A DNA stretch of 64,000 nt, taken from Glaucostegus cemiculus (lineage: Eukaryota). Shown here piece by piece: positions 37,151 to 50,330 of the stretch. The translations under genes and the position numbers were made by a program. The stretch lies in NCBI GenBank assembly GCA_976551045.1, contig CDPCPM010000033.1, forward strand, positions 2,666,001-2,730,000, in the 5' to 3' direction. How positions within the stretch are numbered: the stretch's first letter is position 1; each line of letters opens with the position of its first letter. Under the pieces are notes generated by a model. That model was not told the origin of the DNA. It saw nothing but the letters and a program-made list of their open reading frames with translations, and searched no databases.

Positions 37151-40100
37151 AAATAACCTTGCAGGTTCTGATTAAGATTTTAGCCGTATCCTTTTGCTTT
37201 TAGTTGAGGAAAAACAAAGTCTTTGTGGATCTAAGTTGTAATTTATTAAACATAAAAGAGCCCTTGATGAAATATAGAAATGAGATACATTTTGCATTTC
37301 AAAGATTTAAGCTGACAACTTAGTTGCATGCAAATGAGGAAGAGATTTGTAAAAATATTTGAAAAGAAATTATTCTTGAATGTACTTATTACAATAATGC
37401 GGCATGTAGATAAGTGTAACATGCTACACAAAAAGGCATTCATTTCTCCAAAGTGTTGAAATTAGCTTCATTCTGCTATTGTGAATTAATGTTCATCTGC
37501 CAGAAAGCTGAATATGCAAGAAGTGCAAAGAATTTGTAATAAATTTGTTAATTACATATTTAAGTAGTGCATCTCTGTTGTTTTCCCAGTATGTTTTCAA
37601 AAGTAGGCTTGTTAATACAACTTTTGATTATTTATATTTAACTCAATATATTTTCCGTTAAAATTATTTTAGTTCATCATGTTCAAGAGCTATTTGCTTG
37701 CAAAATCAGATATGCTATAATACATATATTTTATGATTGTGCTCATCACATTCACATTTGTCGAATGCAAATAAGACCAATCTAAGTGCTTTTAAACTGC
37801 AATTTAAATGAAGTATGTGACTGACTCTATCAAAATCTGTTTTAGGTTGCCATGGTTGACATATCAGTAGGGTCAGAAACATGAGCAACAAAGGTCAGCT
37901 CTCTAAATTGATTTATAACCTTTCAACCTTTTGTTACTTGATGACACCAATATTTATAAAACAGGGAAAAAATATATGGTGGCTCTAGACAATTCTGAAC
38001 TACTTTAAGAGGCTTTCTTTAGGTTCTTTTTTACTAAATTGTTTAATTTTTTTAGATTTGACACCATGCTCTTCACTATTGGCACACTTAGTAAGTTACT
38101 AATGAACATGAATTCCAGTTTAAGTGAGCAAAATAGAAATAGAAAATTTTAATTACAACTGCTTTTGAATTTGTAGGTGGATACATAATTCCACACCATC
38201 GTTCATCTTAACAAAAAGGCACAGAAAAATATACTGATTATTATATGACATCATAATAACTAAATATTTGAATCAAATGTATTGGCAAAACGTTAATGGC
38301 TAGATTTTGATCAAGTATCCCAAGAACAGCATAGTTCACCTGTGCATAATACTACCATATTAGCTATAATTTTGTTTCTGAAATCTTATTACAATAATAA
38401 TTAAAGACAACTGAAAAACAATGCAGTATTAGCTCAGCTCATCTCCTTGAAAATTCAACATATTTTACGCATTTTCAAATTAACTTTGTTTTATTCAGTA
38501 TCCTTGCTTTTCCAACAGATTTTTTTCCTCTCGGAATGACACCTGGCTAGTGTATCAAATCCACAATTCTGCCTTCAATTAAAATGCTTCATGATCTTTA
38601 TACTTACAATTTGAAGTCAGTCTCGTTAAGATTAGACTTAGTTTGAATTTTCATGCTGCTCATTGCATGTTTTAAAGATGAATAACATTTATTCACTCAT
38701 TAGTTTTATGCAAACTAAGATGAACATGAAAGAAAAATTGTAATAAATTATGGATAGGTTGTTAAAAATCTCTCTCTTTCACATTAAACAGTATTCCTGT
38801 TTAGAAATGGCATATTCACTTACTTTCAACAATTTTGCATACTTAATGTTCTTTTGAAAATTAATACCAAAATAACAATTTTTGGGTAATATTAATTAAT
38901 ATCTGTAATATTGTTTCTAGGTACTCAATTCCCTGTGATGAAATAAGTATAGGAGTAATTGGTGTATTGTATGTGGAAAAATTTCATTCATCAATATGCA
39001 GTCTCATGCACTAATACGTCATGTTGTTTAGAGGTTGTAGTAATCAACAAAACACAGGCAACAGGTCTACAAAGCAATAGTCAATCTATCAAGGATTCAC
39101 AGTTGTTCTTCACACAATAATATGGTGATCAATATTTACATGTTCCTTTAATGGAACTGGACCTTCAGTTCAAGATATAATGCTGTTGCTATAATCCCTT
39201 GCACTTGGAACTATGCTGTATCAACACAATTTCTGTCCTTTGAATCTCAGTCAAACCTTTGCAAGTCCAAAGTTAGACCTCATGAGTGCATTTGTTTATT
39301 CTGATTTAGAACATAGTATAGGGGGAGCAGAAAAATGATAATTTTTAATGCACTTGTCAATAATAACATAAAAAGTCAAAACATGAATGCGGATTTTCCA
39401 CCAGCATGTACTAAAAGCAGGTACTTTTTTTCTGTTGACTACATCGTCATTACTCTCAACAAGGTGCTTTGATTTATGATCCAAAGCAACCCAGAGTCAT
39501 GTGACTCCAGTAAGTAGGATGAAAAATCATAATACACGCAAACCACTGGAGCAATATTTAAAAGATCACTGTCACTGATATGGTGGGAACATCTTAAATT
39601 GAATGTATTTTCAGTTATTCTAGTTAAAATATTATAGAAGTAAAGGGTTCAATCTAAGTTCTGTTATGTCATCATTATCAGTTGAATAACTGGCAATTCA
39701 TGGATCATGTGACCAAATGGAATAACTAAGTTCTCCATGGATTAAATGTTTGATGTTTTAAATATTGTTTCCTCATAATCCTTATCTCTATTCTGTGTTG
39801 CATATTGCCAGTGTTTGAAGAGCCAGTCCCACAGAAGACTTCTGATTAACTGTCCTCTATTCTGTGCATTAAGATGTGACTTACATACTACATACAGAAT
39901 GTGTTTTACTGTACATGGACTTTACTATCATTTTATAGGAAGCGTAAATAAGGATAATAAAAATGGATATTGTTACTGTATAAATAGATGTTCACTTGTG
40001 ATCATTTTAAAGTTGATATTGCCTGCAAATATGAATTATATGGGAACAGATTATTACAGGTGAACAGTATATAGGTAATAACAAACTTTATCAGAATCAC

Positions 40101-41564
40101 ACAAATGTCGTTAGTCAGGCAACAGCTGTTTCCAATTTTAAGTGACAGATTTTTACAAGTGAGAGTCCTACGGGATAGATAATGTGTTACTCTTTCAGCA
40201 AAATAAAGTAAATAGTAGGGTACAGATTTTTAAAAAATCACAAAATACTAGGTCTATTAAACTCCTGGCATTGCACCTCTCATAACTTAAAAAGTCCTGG
40301 ACTTTTCTATGTTACAATCTCACAGCAATTATTTACATATAAATTCCAGTAGATGCTTCCTGTCGGAGCAAGAACAGACTGTATGTATTTGTGGGAGCCT
40401 CTACTGGAAAGTACAGGACTGGGATTGCAGTTTTTGAGAGAGTCTGTTGTACTAAATGTAAATGAAGTTTTGTTTTAATCTTCAAGGATATCTATCCATC
40501 CCCATGAAAATATCTGCATAAATGATTTCTGTGCCTGATATGAATAAAACATTGCAACTCAGCAGAATAGGAAGCAAGGTATTGTATTACAACAGCACTT
40601 CTACGGTTCAGTACTGTAATTGGGAAACATACTCAGTGCTGAATGACCTCAATAGTTTCCACCTTCCCTTTCCCTTTCTTCTTTCAATTCATTGCTCTCC
40701 TCGTCTCCATAAGTCCCTCTCAACACCTAATAACCCCCACTCATACTCAAGGCTAACAAAATGAGCATGGCATCTCTTTCTTTTCAGGGTTTCTTTTACT
40801 TCTGTGGCCTTACACACTATCAAAGTGGTGTCTAACAATTTCCTGGTTCCTCCTTTTCCATATTACTTTCAGCTTCCAACCCAAATTCTTATTGATTCTG
40901 TTTATCATAATTACATTCCCAATTGCCTAAACTGTAACCCTCCTTATTCATCCTTAAAATGTAGAAAACTTGATTTATATATCTACTCACACTTTTGATT
41001 CCAAAATACCGAGAGAAACCTTCCTTCTTTCCTATTGCTGCCATTTTTCCTGGCATGCCCTCCAACTGAGTTCTCTTAAAATCAAACCAGGTAACAAGTT
41101 TCCAAGTTTTCCTTTACTATACTAAAATAATCTACTATGCAATGTTCATTCTAGAAAGAATGATAAACCTCAAAAACCCTCTACAAAAATTCAGCCGCCT
41201 TAAAGCTCTTTCTACTTTCCTCTAATTGTAAGTGCAAGGAAATCATTTCTCAAAGTTTCATCCTATCCTCTTTACTCTTCCACTTTCTTTCATTGTTCAC
41301 CACCACATTTTTCTTTCTGTCCATTTTCCAAGCAGATCTTCTCTTCCACCCGAGTTCTGAATCCTCATCTCAACCATCTCTCCTTATACCACATTTTTTC
41401 CAATGAGACTCACAGTCTATTTATATTTCTTCACACCCAACTCCTTCAGACTATATCTAACACCTGGACTTTCCAGTAAGTAAACACTGAGAAAACTAAA
41501 TCAATTTTCTTTAGTTTTATCACAAATTCAGTGTCATAACTATTTATTCCCCAGGCCATCATGT

Positions 41565-42155
41565 TATAGAGTCAGGGCTCTACTGCAAAGGAATGGGTCC
41601 TTTGGGTCAACTCAGCTATGCCAACTGTGGTGCCATTCACCTACATTAGGCCCATAACCTTCTGCTCCATTTCTATCCAAGTACTTATCCAAATGCCTTT
41701 TAAACTCTGGAATTGTATCTGCCTTGATCACCTTCCCGACAGCTCATTCCATATAACCACTACCTTCTGTACGAACATCTTGCTTCTCAGATCTCCTTTA
41801 AATTTCTCCTCCTCACCTTAAACCTATGCCCTCTAGTTTTAGACTTTCCCACCCAATGGAAAAGACTTTATCTACCCATCTATGCCCCTCACAATTTTGT
41901 AAACCTCAGTAAGGTTGCCCTGCAGCCTCCTACATTGCAGTGAAAATAAAACCAGTCTTTCTAATCTGTCCTTATAACTAGAGCTCTCCTGTAATTATAA
42001 GGAGAAATATCCTGTTGAATCTCTTCTACACTCTTTCTAATGCTATGAAATCCTTCCTGTAGTGTGGTGATCAGAACTGTACACAATATTCCAAGTGGTC
42101 CTGAACAATGTTTTGCACAGCTGCAACAAGACATCCCAGCTCTTATATTCAATGT
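41565..42155 (-). mobile_element. CR1 LINE 3' fragment
   Basis: atagagtc...cctttgggtcaactcagctatgccaac...ctcaccttaaacctatgccctctagttttagac...gtagtgtggtgatcagaactgtacacaatattccaagtggtc (reverse of PLEYCVQFWSPHY). Confidence 0.85.
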
Positions 42156-42720
42156 CTTTTTGTTTGCTAAAACATGTAAGTTTATTGGCTCCCCTTACTG
42201 TTAACACAGTTACATATTAGTGATCTTTAGATCTGTTTTACATTTCACTTTTGAATGTAACATTTCCTACTTTTAAACATTAAGTTAAAATATATCGACA
42301 ATATAACACTGCTCAAGTTACCTTAATTTTTCTGAAAATGAAATGCACATAGCCGATTTAAAACAAAAAATTAAATTTGATTATGGCATTCTCTCATTTC
42401 CATAAACTGTATACTTATATACTGTATATGAAGGATATTTCCGGTCTCAATTTTCCACCAGAAATATTAGATTGTAATCAAATTTAGGCAAGAAGGTATA
42501 CATTCAATCAATATAAAATGTTTATCATGTACTCAGAATCAACTGAATAAAAGATCAAACATTGGTCTACAAAGCTTGTCAAGTTGAACAAACTCTTGGT
42601 AACGTCAGTATCCTGATCCCTGATCACTCCTTCCACATCGTGCCATCTCAAGCTTCTGGGCTGGTCTCCTATTAACCACTCACTATTAGCCTCAGTTCAT
42701 CCAATATCCTGTACTTATAT

Positions 42721-42785
42721 CATGGTTGGCATGGACAAAGTGGGCTGAAAGTGCCTGTTTCTATTCTGTGTATTTCTATGATTCT
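42721..42785 (+). mobile_element. CR1/HE1 3' tail only
   Basis: catggttggcatggacaaagtgggctgaaagtgcctgtttctattctgtgtatttctatgattct. Confidence 0.7.
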
Positions 42786-43189
42786 GCACTGTACCAAGAC
42801 CTGCTCATACGTCATCTCAATCCTTGCTGACCTGCTTTGACTTTAAGTACTTTCAGACCTCAGCTTTTAGTTCTGCTCCTGTGCTTAAGTTCCTCCATGA
42901 GTTCAACTAAATCTGTAACATTTTCAAATGCTGCAGTTTCAAACTTTCCTTCCTTTCATTCTGACATAGCAGGTCTAGAACATTCTCCTAAACCACACTA
43001 CATCACTCTCCTTTCACTACAACTATTTCCAGGACTGATTCAAACCTCTGTAGTTAATTGCCTTTAGCACATCGGAACCTTAGCTGAGACAGTGTGGCTC
43101 CTGCCCAATCCTTTATATTTTATAACCAGATTTTACTTTGCCTTCCTCTGTCTTTTCCCTTCAAGTACTCCCTGAAGAACTGTTTCTTG

Positions 43190-43380
43190 AAGCAAATAAG
43201 AAACAGTTGGAGGAACTCAGTAGGTCAAGCAGCATCTGTGGAAGCAAATGCATAGTCAATGCTTTGGGTCAAGACCTCGCATTATTCCTCTGTCTCCACA
43301 GATGCTGCTTGACCCACTGAGTTCCTCCAGCAGTTTGTATTTTGCTCCAGGTTCCAGCATCTGCAGGCTCTCTTGTGTCA
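43190..43380. mobile_element. Fold-back unit of two inverted Penelope pLTR fragments
   Basis: Arms 43208-43242 and 43295-43329 are 34/35 reverse-complementary. The 52-nt spacer holds a partial minus-strand hammerhead. Confidence 0.85.
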
Positions 43381-43911
43381 ACTGTTTTTTGAATATTGGT
43401 TGCTCTCCCCAACATTGCTAGACCACCAACCATGTGGAGGGGGTAACAGCCTATTAAATACCATCTTTACAAGTTTCTCTTTGACTTGGTATTTGGACAC
43501 ATTTTATTATCTACTTTGTTTCAATGTTTGTTTTTTTTTTCCTTATGCACATGTGATGTACCTTTGGGCATTCTTCTGCATGAACATGTTACATGAATGC
43601 ATGTTAATGTTATTTAAGATTACACTTGGAGAATGCAATAGGAAAATGGTTACATATCTCTCATCAACAGCAGAAATAAACTCCGTGGACAAAAAATAGT
43701 TGTTAAGTTTGCATATGATTGACAAAGCTATGATGTAGCAGTAGTTTCCATCACTCATTGGTTAGAAACAGAGCAGCATCTGATTTGTTTTAATAAGCAT
43801 TTCAAAATATTACAGATAATGTGGAACTGCAAATCATAATCTTTAAGGTATGATTAAAGACATATCTTAAGGTATGATTCAGACCAATCTGAAAAATGAC
43901 TGAAATACCAT

Positions 43912-44130
43912 GACACAAGAGATTCTGCTGATGTTGAAATCTGGAGCAACATACACAAACTGCTGGAGGAACTCAGCAGGTCAAGCAGCATCTATGGAGG
44001 GAAATAAACAGTCGATGTTTTGCGTCAAGACCGTTCATCAGGACTGGATAGGAAAAGGGCAGAAGCCAAAATCTTTTTCCCTCCGGAGATGTTGCCTGAC
44101 CTGCTGAGTTCCTCCAGCATTTTGTGTGTG
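43912..44130. mobile_element. Fold-back unit of two inverted Penelope pLTR fragments with a hammerhead in the spacer
   Basis: Arms 43950-44004 and 44076-44130 are 49/55 reverse-complementary. Confidence 0.85.
44009..44046 (-). ncRNA. Minimal type-I hammerhead ribozyme motif, probably inactive
   Basis: Reverse complement CAGTC CTGATGA A CGGTC TT GACGC AAAA CA TC GACTG. Stem I and CUGAUGA are intact; GAAA is mutated to AAAA, consistent with CpG decay. Confidence 0.7.
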
Positions 44131-44859
44131 AAATACCATGAACCCAGTTTTACATTTGCATTTTCCAGACAATCTTTGACTTTTGCAAATGCCTTTTCAA
44201 CACTTTTAACAACACAAAACAGAAGAATAGAGTAAACAATTATTTAAAGCACCACTTCCTCCTCTTTGCTTAGAGGTATTCAGACCTGATCTAGCAAGAA
44301 CAACAATGAATGGAATGGAAACAGACCTGTTACAAAATGTACTGGTCCGTTTCCATCATCATTTCTCCAAGAACATGTTGTGCTATTCTTTCTTGGTTTC
44401 ATGAGGCAAGGGTTAATAGAAATGAGGCTTGTGTTCCATAAGATGCAGTTCCAGGTTTGCAGGTCAGAATTCACATATTCTAATTTCTGGAAAAACTGAT
44501 TCATTGATGAAAGCATTGCACTGTGATGTTTCCTTTATGGGTATATCTTTTAGCAATGCTCATAAAAACTCAATTCATCAACATGAATTGTTGACTTTAT
44601 TGCATGATGTCATTAACAACGAGCTCACAATAGGGTGAATTTGTCACATAGGCAGGTGGTTTGAGATCTCTCAGTGATACCGAATGATATAAATTCTAGT
44701 TTTTTTGTAAATTTATGCCAAGTTTCAGGCAGTAAACACAGCTGCCTTGATTCTCTTCCAGAATAACAGCTTGGAAAGACATGGAGGAGTTCTCTAAATC
44801 CACCTGAGGACCCGGCCTATAAACAAAATAATGGCAGCTTGTTGACGGCTAGATAATTT

Positions 44860-45070
44860 GGTGGACTAAGACATTGGTCAAAGACAGAGTTCTTCCCTTA
44901 GAAAAATTGTGGTTTCAATCCAACCATGGGATAAATGACAAAATATGTTTTGCTGACAGTGATCAGTGACTGTAAATAAAATGAATTTTGGCAATTGAAA
45001 TATAGTCTTTCAGGAATGGGAGTCTTCAACATAAAATACTGCCAGTTTGGCAATGCCAAATCAGCATTAA
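44860..45070 (+). mobile_element. Decayed LF-SINE-like element, 5' half
   Basis: Ordered blocks acagagttcttccctt, tggtttcaatccaacc (B box), ctgacagtgatcagtgac, aaatgaatt and cagtttggca parallel the LF-SINE consensus as recalled (acagagcctttcacctct, tggttcaaatccagcc, ctgatggctgttcagtggcc, gaaatgagtt, caattggca). Confidence 0.45.
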
Positions 45071-48000
45071 ACATCTGGAGAATGAAAAAAATTACTTGAT
45101 GTGATGGGACAGATTTTGCTTAAGGTATTGCTTTTGATATATTCATGCCTTAAAGAATCCAGCTCTGCCATCAAAGAAAGAACAGAATTATTCTTCATCC
45201 AAGACTATAAATGTACTGTTTCTCTATAATACAATGACAAAGCTACGTTTAGGGATTGAAGCTGCATAAATACAATTTAAATTGATCTGCTAACATCCTT
45301 AATGGATTGTTCCTCAATCACTAGAGGAACAGCAACAATTATAAAAAGAATCTGTGGGTCTGGCTTTCTGCATGGTTCCAAATGTTTTTTTATTGTGTAA
45401 GGAATAATCTTTTTTGTCTTAAAGGACTTAACATTGCCGGGAATTAACCTAATGGTTTGATTCTTTCATTGAACATCCTGACAGCACTGAGTAAAGTTCA
45501 GCAGCGTAATATCCAAGAGGCATATTCTATACAGGTTACCAGCTGCACTTCATACCTGTTCCAAGGAAATGCTACATAACAGAAAAGATTTGTTCACCAT
45601 AAATTGTTAAATGCACAGAAGATATAAGAAATGATTAAAATGCACAGTTAACATTTGTTAAGCAACTGTACAAGGAAAACTAATTAAAATGTGGTATCCA
45701 CAAACTGTGATACATCCATAAACTGTGAATTCAAAAGATAATTTTCACCTGGGTTGAAATACATCTACTTAATTAAAGAAAGCAAGTCAGTAAAATATCT
45801 CCTTAAAGTTACTTTCATTAATTAGATTCTTTAGACTGCAGCCACATATATATTCTGCAATAGCCATTTAACCCTTCAAAGCCTATCTGAGCATAATAGT
45901 CTAAAGGGTTTAATTTTGTCCAGTACATTGCTTAACACATTTGTGTAAAGCTCCACTGTGCACCATTTTAATAGTGTTTCCAGCTTATTTATTTTAAATT
46001 GGCTAACAACTTGTAATCACATAAAAAAGCCTGTTATATGACACAAGACAACCCAACATGTTGTGCATTTAGCAAAAGGGAAATTAAACCTTTAACTCTT
46101 CTTCTCTTTGACACAATTATGCAAAGCGAACACTGCAATCTTGATATTAATTTAAGATTTCTCCAACATAGAATTATCTATCAAACTTATTTATCAGACA
46201 AAATATATAAGAAGCACACATCTATAGATAACATTTCAAATATAATGTTTGTGTGAGATACAAGCTTTGTATCACTGTCTTGAATCCTACCATGAAACAA
46301 TTGCTGAACTGCCTCAAATTTGACCTAGGGAACCTTGAATAATACAATCCTTGTTAAATGTGTAACTTTGATGAATAAGGTCCTGTCTAATGATCAGTCT
46401 TCCAAAAGCTATGTTTTTTTTTGTTTTACAGCAGCAAGATAGATTATGTATGAATTATTTCTTAAACTAATGTAGTGTTTCCTTACATTTGTATTAATAA
46501 TGAAGGGCATCCCTTCTTACATTTCTACCTATAATTGGTCCTAATAGAAACATTTTTTTATTTCAATGGTATCAGACTACAGTATTCCATGAATGTGAAT
46601 TACTTTGCAGCTTTGTTTGCTGAAGAACATTATTTTGTGTTAACTAAAAATGCCAGTCTATGAGCACTGTCTTGCACAGGAAAATGATTCTTCATTGCAC
46701 AACATAAAACTAAAAGGAAATGTGACTATGATGCTCTAGTATTAAGAGCTTGTTTTGTAGATTAGTCATGCCGCTATTGGCCATTCCATCTCTACTGAAG
46801 GTATTTGGTAAACCAGGAGTGGGAACAGGTAACTTAAAGCAAGCAGCATTGTCTGGCAGGTACTATGATGAATACAGACAACTAAATACCAAATTCCTAG
46901 TTTGGAAAGGTTTAGAGGTACTGTAGTTCCAATAGGCTCACAATGAAATCTTACGTTCAGATAAAATGTTACCTACTTACACAGGAGAAGGTCCAAAGAT
47001 ACAGAAGGATTTAATTCTCACACATCAAAAATGATGCCCAAATACCAAGATGGAATATAATTACAACCCAGCAAAAAATAGATTAGATAGCTATGTTATA
47101 CTTGACAAATTTTGAGTCGAGCATTTATTTGTCATTGGACATAAGACAAAATGATTCTAGCAGAAAGTGGCAATAGATAAGAACTGAAACCTAAGTTCAG
47201 AACAAGGTTACTTGGGCATGTTAACTTCACAGTTTGTGATTGTTATTACAAGAAATACTGTGGTTGCAACAATTTATCAATTTAAAATAATACCTGGAAC
47301 ACCAGTTTTCTTTCCTATATATCCAGCCATCATTATTGTTATATTTTAACTTCTCTTTTTGCTGTTGGTTGTCAAGTTATGAAAATGCAGAAAGAGCTTT
47401 TTATTCTGGTGAAATTATGGAGCATTCAACAGAAGACAATTATTTTGAAAACTGTAGATGGGGAAAGGGTTTTCTAATCAGATCAGATATTGCTTCAGAC
47501 ATCAATTTATTGTTGATAATATTTCAGTAATTTCAACTGTGTTTCCTTGACTATGTTATGGTTGTATTGATTAACACATTTCTCGCTGGGTCTATTTTAA
47601 TACTTTACATTCTTCTTGAAATGTAGGAACAAAAAGTGTTTTGAGAACACACATTTTTAATTATCATTACAATTGCCAATTTAATCACTAAATTGTCTTT
47701 TCAACTGCTTGCAGGAATCTGAATACAAAAATTTTATGACTGAAGAATACTTAATAGATCCATAACCATTTTCTAAAGATCAGGTAAATAAATGAAGAGT
47801 GGCTAAGGGCAGAAACTTGGATTGAAAATTCTGTTGTGTTTCCCATTTGAAAGTAGAGAAACTGGAAATAAAACAATCAACACTATATTTTTACTGAAAA
47901 AAAAAGAAAATCTAGGGAAAACCAGTGTCAAAATAATTCAATGTAATTTTCATTTTTAGTCTAAGCACAGTACACATCAGTATATTTTCAGTTTTTCATC

Positions 48001-48124
48001 TAATTTATGTGTTGATGTGGAACAGAATCATGCAGTTATTTCCATAATTCTACATGCATTGTCTACATCTTTCATGCGAGTTGATGTAGCTTTTAATAAA
48101 GAACTTTGATTGCTGTATTAGTTC

Positions 48125-48380
48125 AACTGAGGCCCTGGTTACACTCAGTCAGCTATGTTGGGCAGATCATGTCACTCATATGCCAGATACCAAAGTCCCG
48201 AAACAGACAACTGGAAGCAATTCATCCAATTCTGAGAGAATGCTGAAGACGATGAAGAAAACCGTGACATATGCACTGTGCTGTTTCTCTAATCAGCAGT
48301 ACACCTACGGTACTTTAAAGTTCATGTCCAGCCATATAAAGGCCATGGCCAAATATCCAGGTATTCATTCATTGGGTTAA
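48125..48380 (+). mobile_element. RTE (BovB-like) LINE C-terminal fragment
   Basis: About 48129-48206 translates EALVTLSQLCWADHVTHMPDTKVPKQ, the RTE signature QLRWAGHVxRMPDxRLPKQ. Confidence 0.75.
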
Positions 48381-49539
48381 GAATATTAGTACCAAGGACA
48401 GTATAGGTATGTGTGTGAGTGAGATTGAGAATGAGTAACTGAGGAAGAGAGAAGAGGGAAATGCCAGTATACAGTATATCTCCTTCCCATTCAATGGATC
48501 ATTAAAGAATGGTTATATCTTCCTATGTCTCATCAAATATTCCAAAATTATCATCTACCCATATCAGAAAATAACAGAATTTGATTCATCTTCTGTGAAA
48601 AATCTCTAAATTCTCTACAATAATATTAATGAATTCTGTAGAATCTGCTCCCAGACTAGTGTGAAATTCAGATAATTCCAGGGCTGGATCCCAATGCTGA
48701 GAATTTGCCCTGGAAGGATTAGTGGAAATGCCAAGCAGAGGTGCAAATGAGGTTTCTGCTGATCTTTCACTGAAATTGTCAATCTTGGGAACTGGGAAAC
48801 TGATAACTGGGAGAACAGCTGAGTAAAATCCTGGCACTGGGCTCCAGAAAGACACATGATTTACATTCGACTCAGCGAGAACCTTGACACACCCCTTTCA
48901 ACTAACTGGGATTAAGATTAAATCATCATCACAGAGTTTGATAGTATAATTTGGAAATTACCAGGATACTTTACCAGTAGAGAGTCATTGGCCAGAAACA
49001 AAATTATATGGTTAGTAATACAAGATGCAAAAAAAAGGTCAATGGGAATACAGACAGCTTCTTTCTTTGCAGTCACTCTGTTACTGGCATCATTGGATGA
49101 GAAAGTGAAACCAAGGCTATGATAAAAAAAACAGTTCAAGTAGTTTGAAACTGCTCAATGTGTTAGTAGTAATTGGCATCATTATGTGGGATTCTTCTGT
49201 CCACTATTGTATTGAGGATGCAAGTCCCTTTATTCCAAATTGTTATTGTTTGGGAAACCAATATGGTAGAAAGCACTTTCAGCCCCATAATGGATAAAAA
49301 ACAGCATCAAGCCAAATTACATTTTCAAAATAAAACTAAAATAATATATATTGAGTTTTGAGTGCAGTACTTAATTTTATCTTTATTTTCATTCTCTAAT
49401 ACAGTTTAAACATCTCATTTAGGAAACATTCTATTTGGGTGACTTGTTGACTTGTGTTACTTGTAGCATGTAGAAAAATCAAATTGTAATTGGAAGATAC
49501 TGTATATAATTATTAAGAACTTACTAGTTAGGTGTCACT

Positions 49540-50000
49540 GGGAGACAGTGACAGATTTTAGTTCAGGACTCTAAGAAGCTTATCAAAAGGTTACTTCAGA
49601 GGGTTCGGAGGAAACTTAGCAAAGTAATAACAGTAAATATGAGGAAGTGCACGTTTGTGAAGAGCCAAGAGGGTTATACTTCAAGCAAAAAAAAAATTAA
49701 GAGAATATTAATTAACAGAACCATTCAAAGCTATGAGGAGTTCAGTAGAATATAGAGACTATTTGCACTGGCTTGTGGGGGTGGAAACATTGAGTCAACA
49801 TTATGAGAGGGAAAGAAAGCAGTAGTGAGGTGACAAAATTGCATTTTGGGCAATGAAATGTTGTGATCCTCAGAGGATGGTGAAAATTTCATTTGTAGCC
49901 ATCAAAATGGAGAGATGTGCAGGGGTATGAGGAAAGAATTTGGGAGTTGGAGTATTGGCTAGGTCTTTAATGAGTCAATGCAGATATTTATGATTCAGAG
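49540..50000 (+). mobile_element. Very decayed CR1 fragments
   Basis: gtagtgaggtgacaaaattgcattttggg (KCEVxHFG-like) and gtgcaggggtatgaggaaagaatttgggagttggagt (3' UTR-like). Confidence 0.4.
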
Positions 50001-50189
50001 TTAATGCAGATTCTTTAAGACTCAATTCATAAGATTTGGTGCTTCTGTGATTTTATCATTGTAAAGTGAAACTTAAATGATCTGGAAATTGAAACAAAAT
50101 TCAAGTGGAAGAGGGAGGAAAAAGAAGGGATTTCTGCCCAGAAATAGCACACCTTTATGGATGCTTTCAATGGAAAGGTGAACACTAAC

Positions 50190-50330
50190 AAAAATCAGAG
50201 ACTTCTTGAAGGTCCATGGTTTTCTCTAATGACTTTTCCAGAGCCCTTGACAATGGAACCAGTGTCAGATTGTCATCAAGGAGGCCGGCCTGAGCAGGTC
50301 CCAGGCAGATGCTGGGAACCCTTTGAGTGT
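50190..50330 (+). mobile_element. Possible Harbinger-associated Myb/SANT-like ORF remnant
   Basis: ORF 50157-50387 EGPWFS...QGGRPEQVPGRCWE resembles (R)APRFSD..LE.L...GGRRP......WE of Harbinger Myb/SANT proteins; weak. Confidence 0.35.

Noticed and set aside
40600-41470. Pyrimidine-rich tract, possibly old L2 (also about 6250-6600 and 42600-43100)
   Set aside because: No diagnostic motif recovered; left unannotated.
43835-43883. Short tandem duplications (also near 15423-15452 and 45696-45728)
   Set aside because: Ordinary two-copy slippage duplications, not CRISPR-like or a satellite array.
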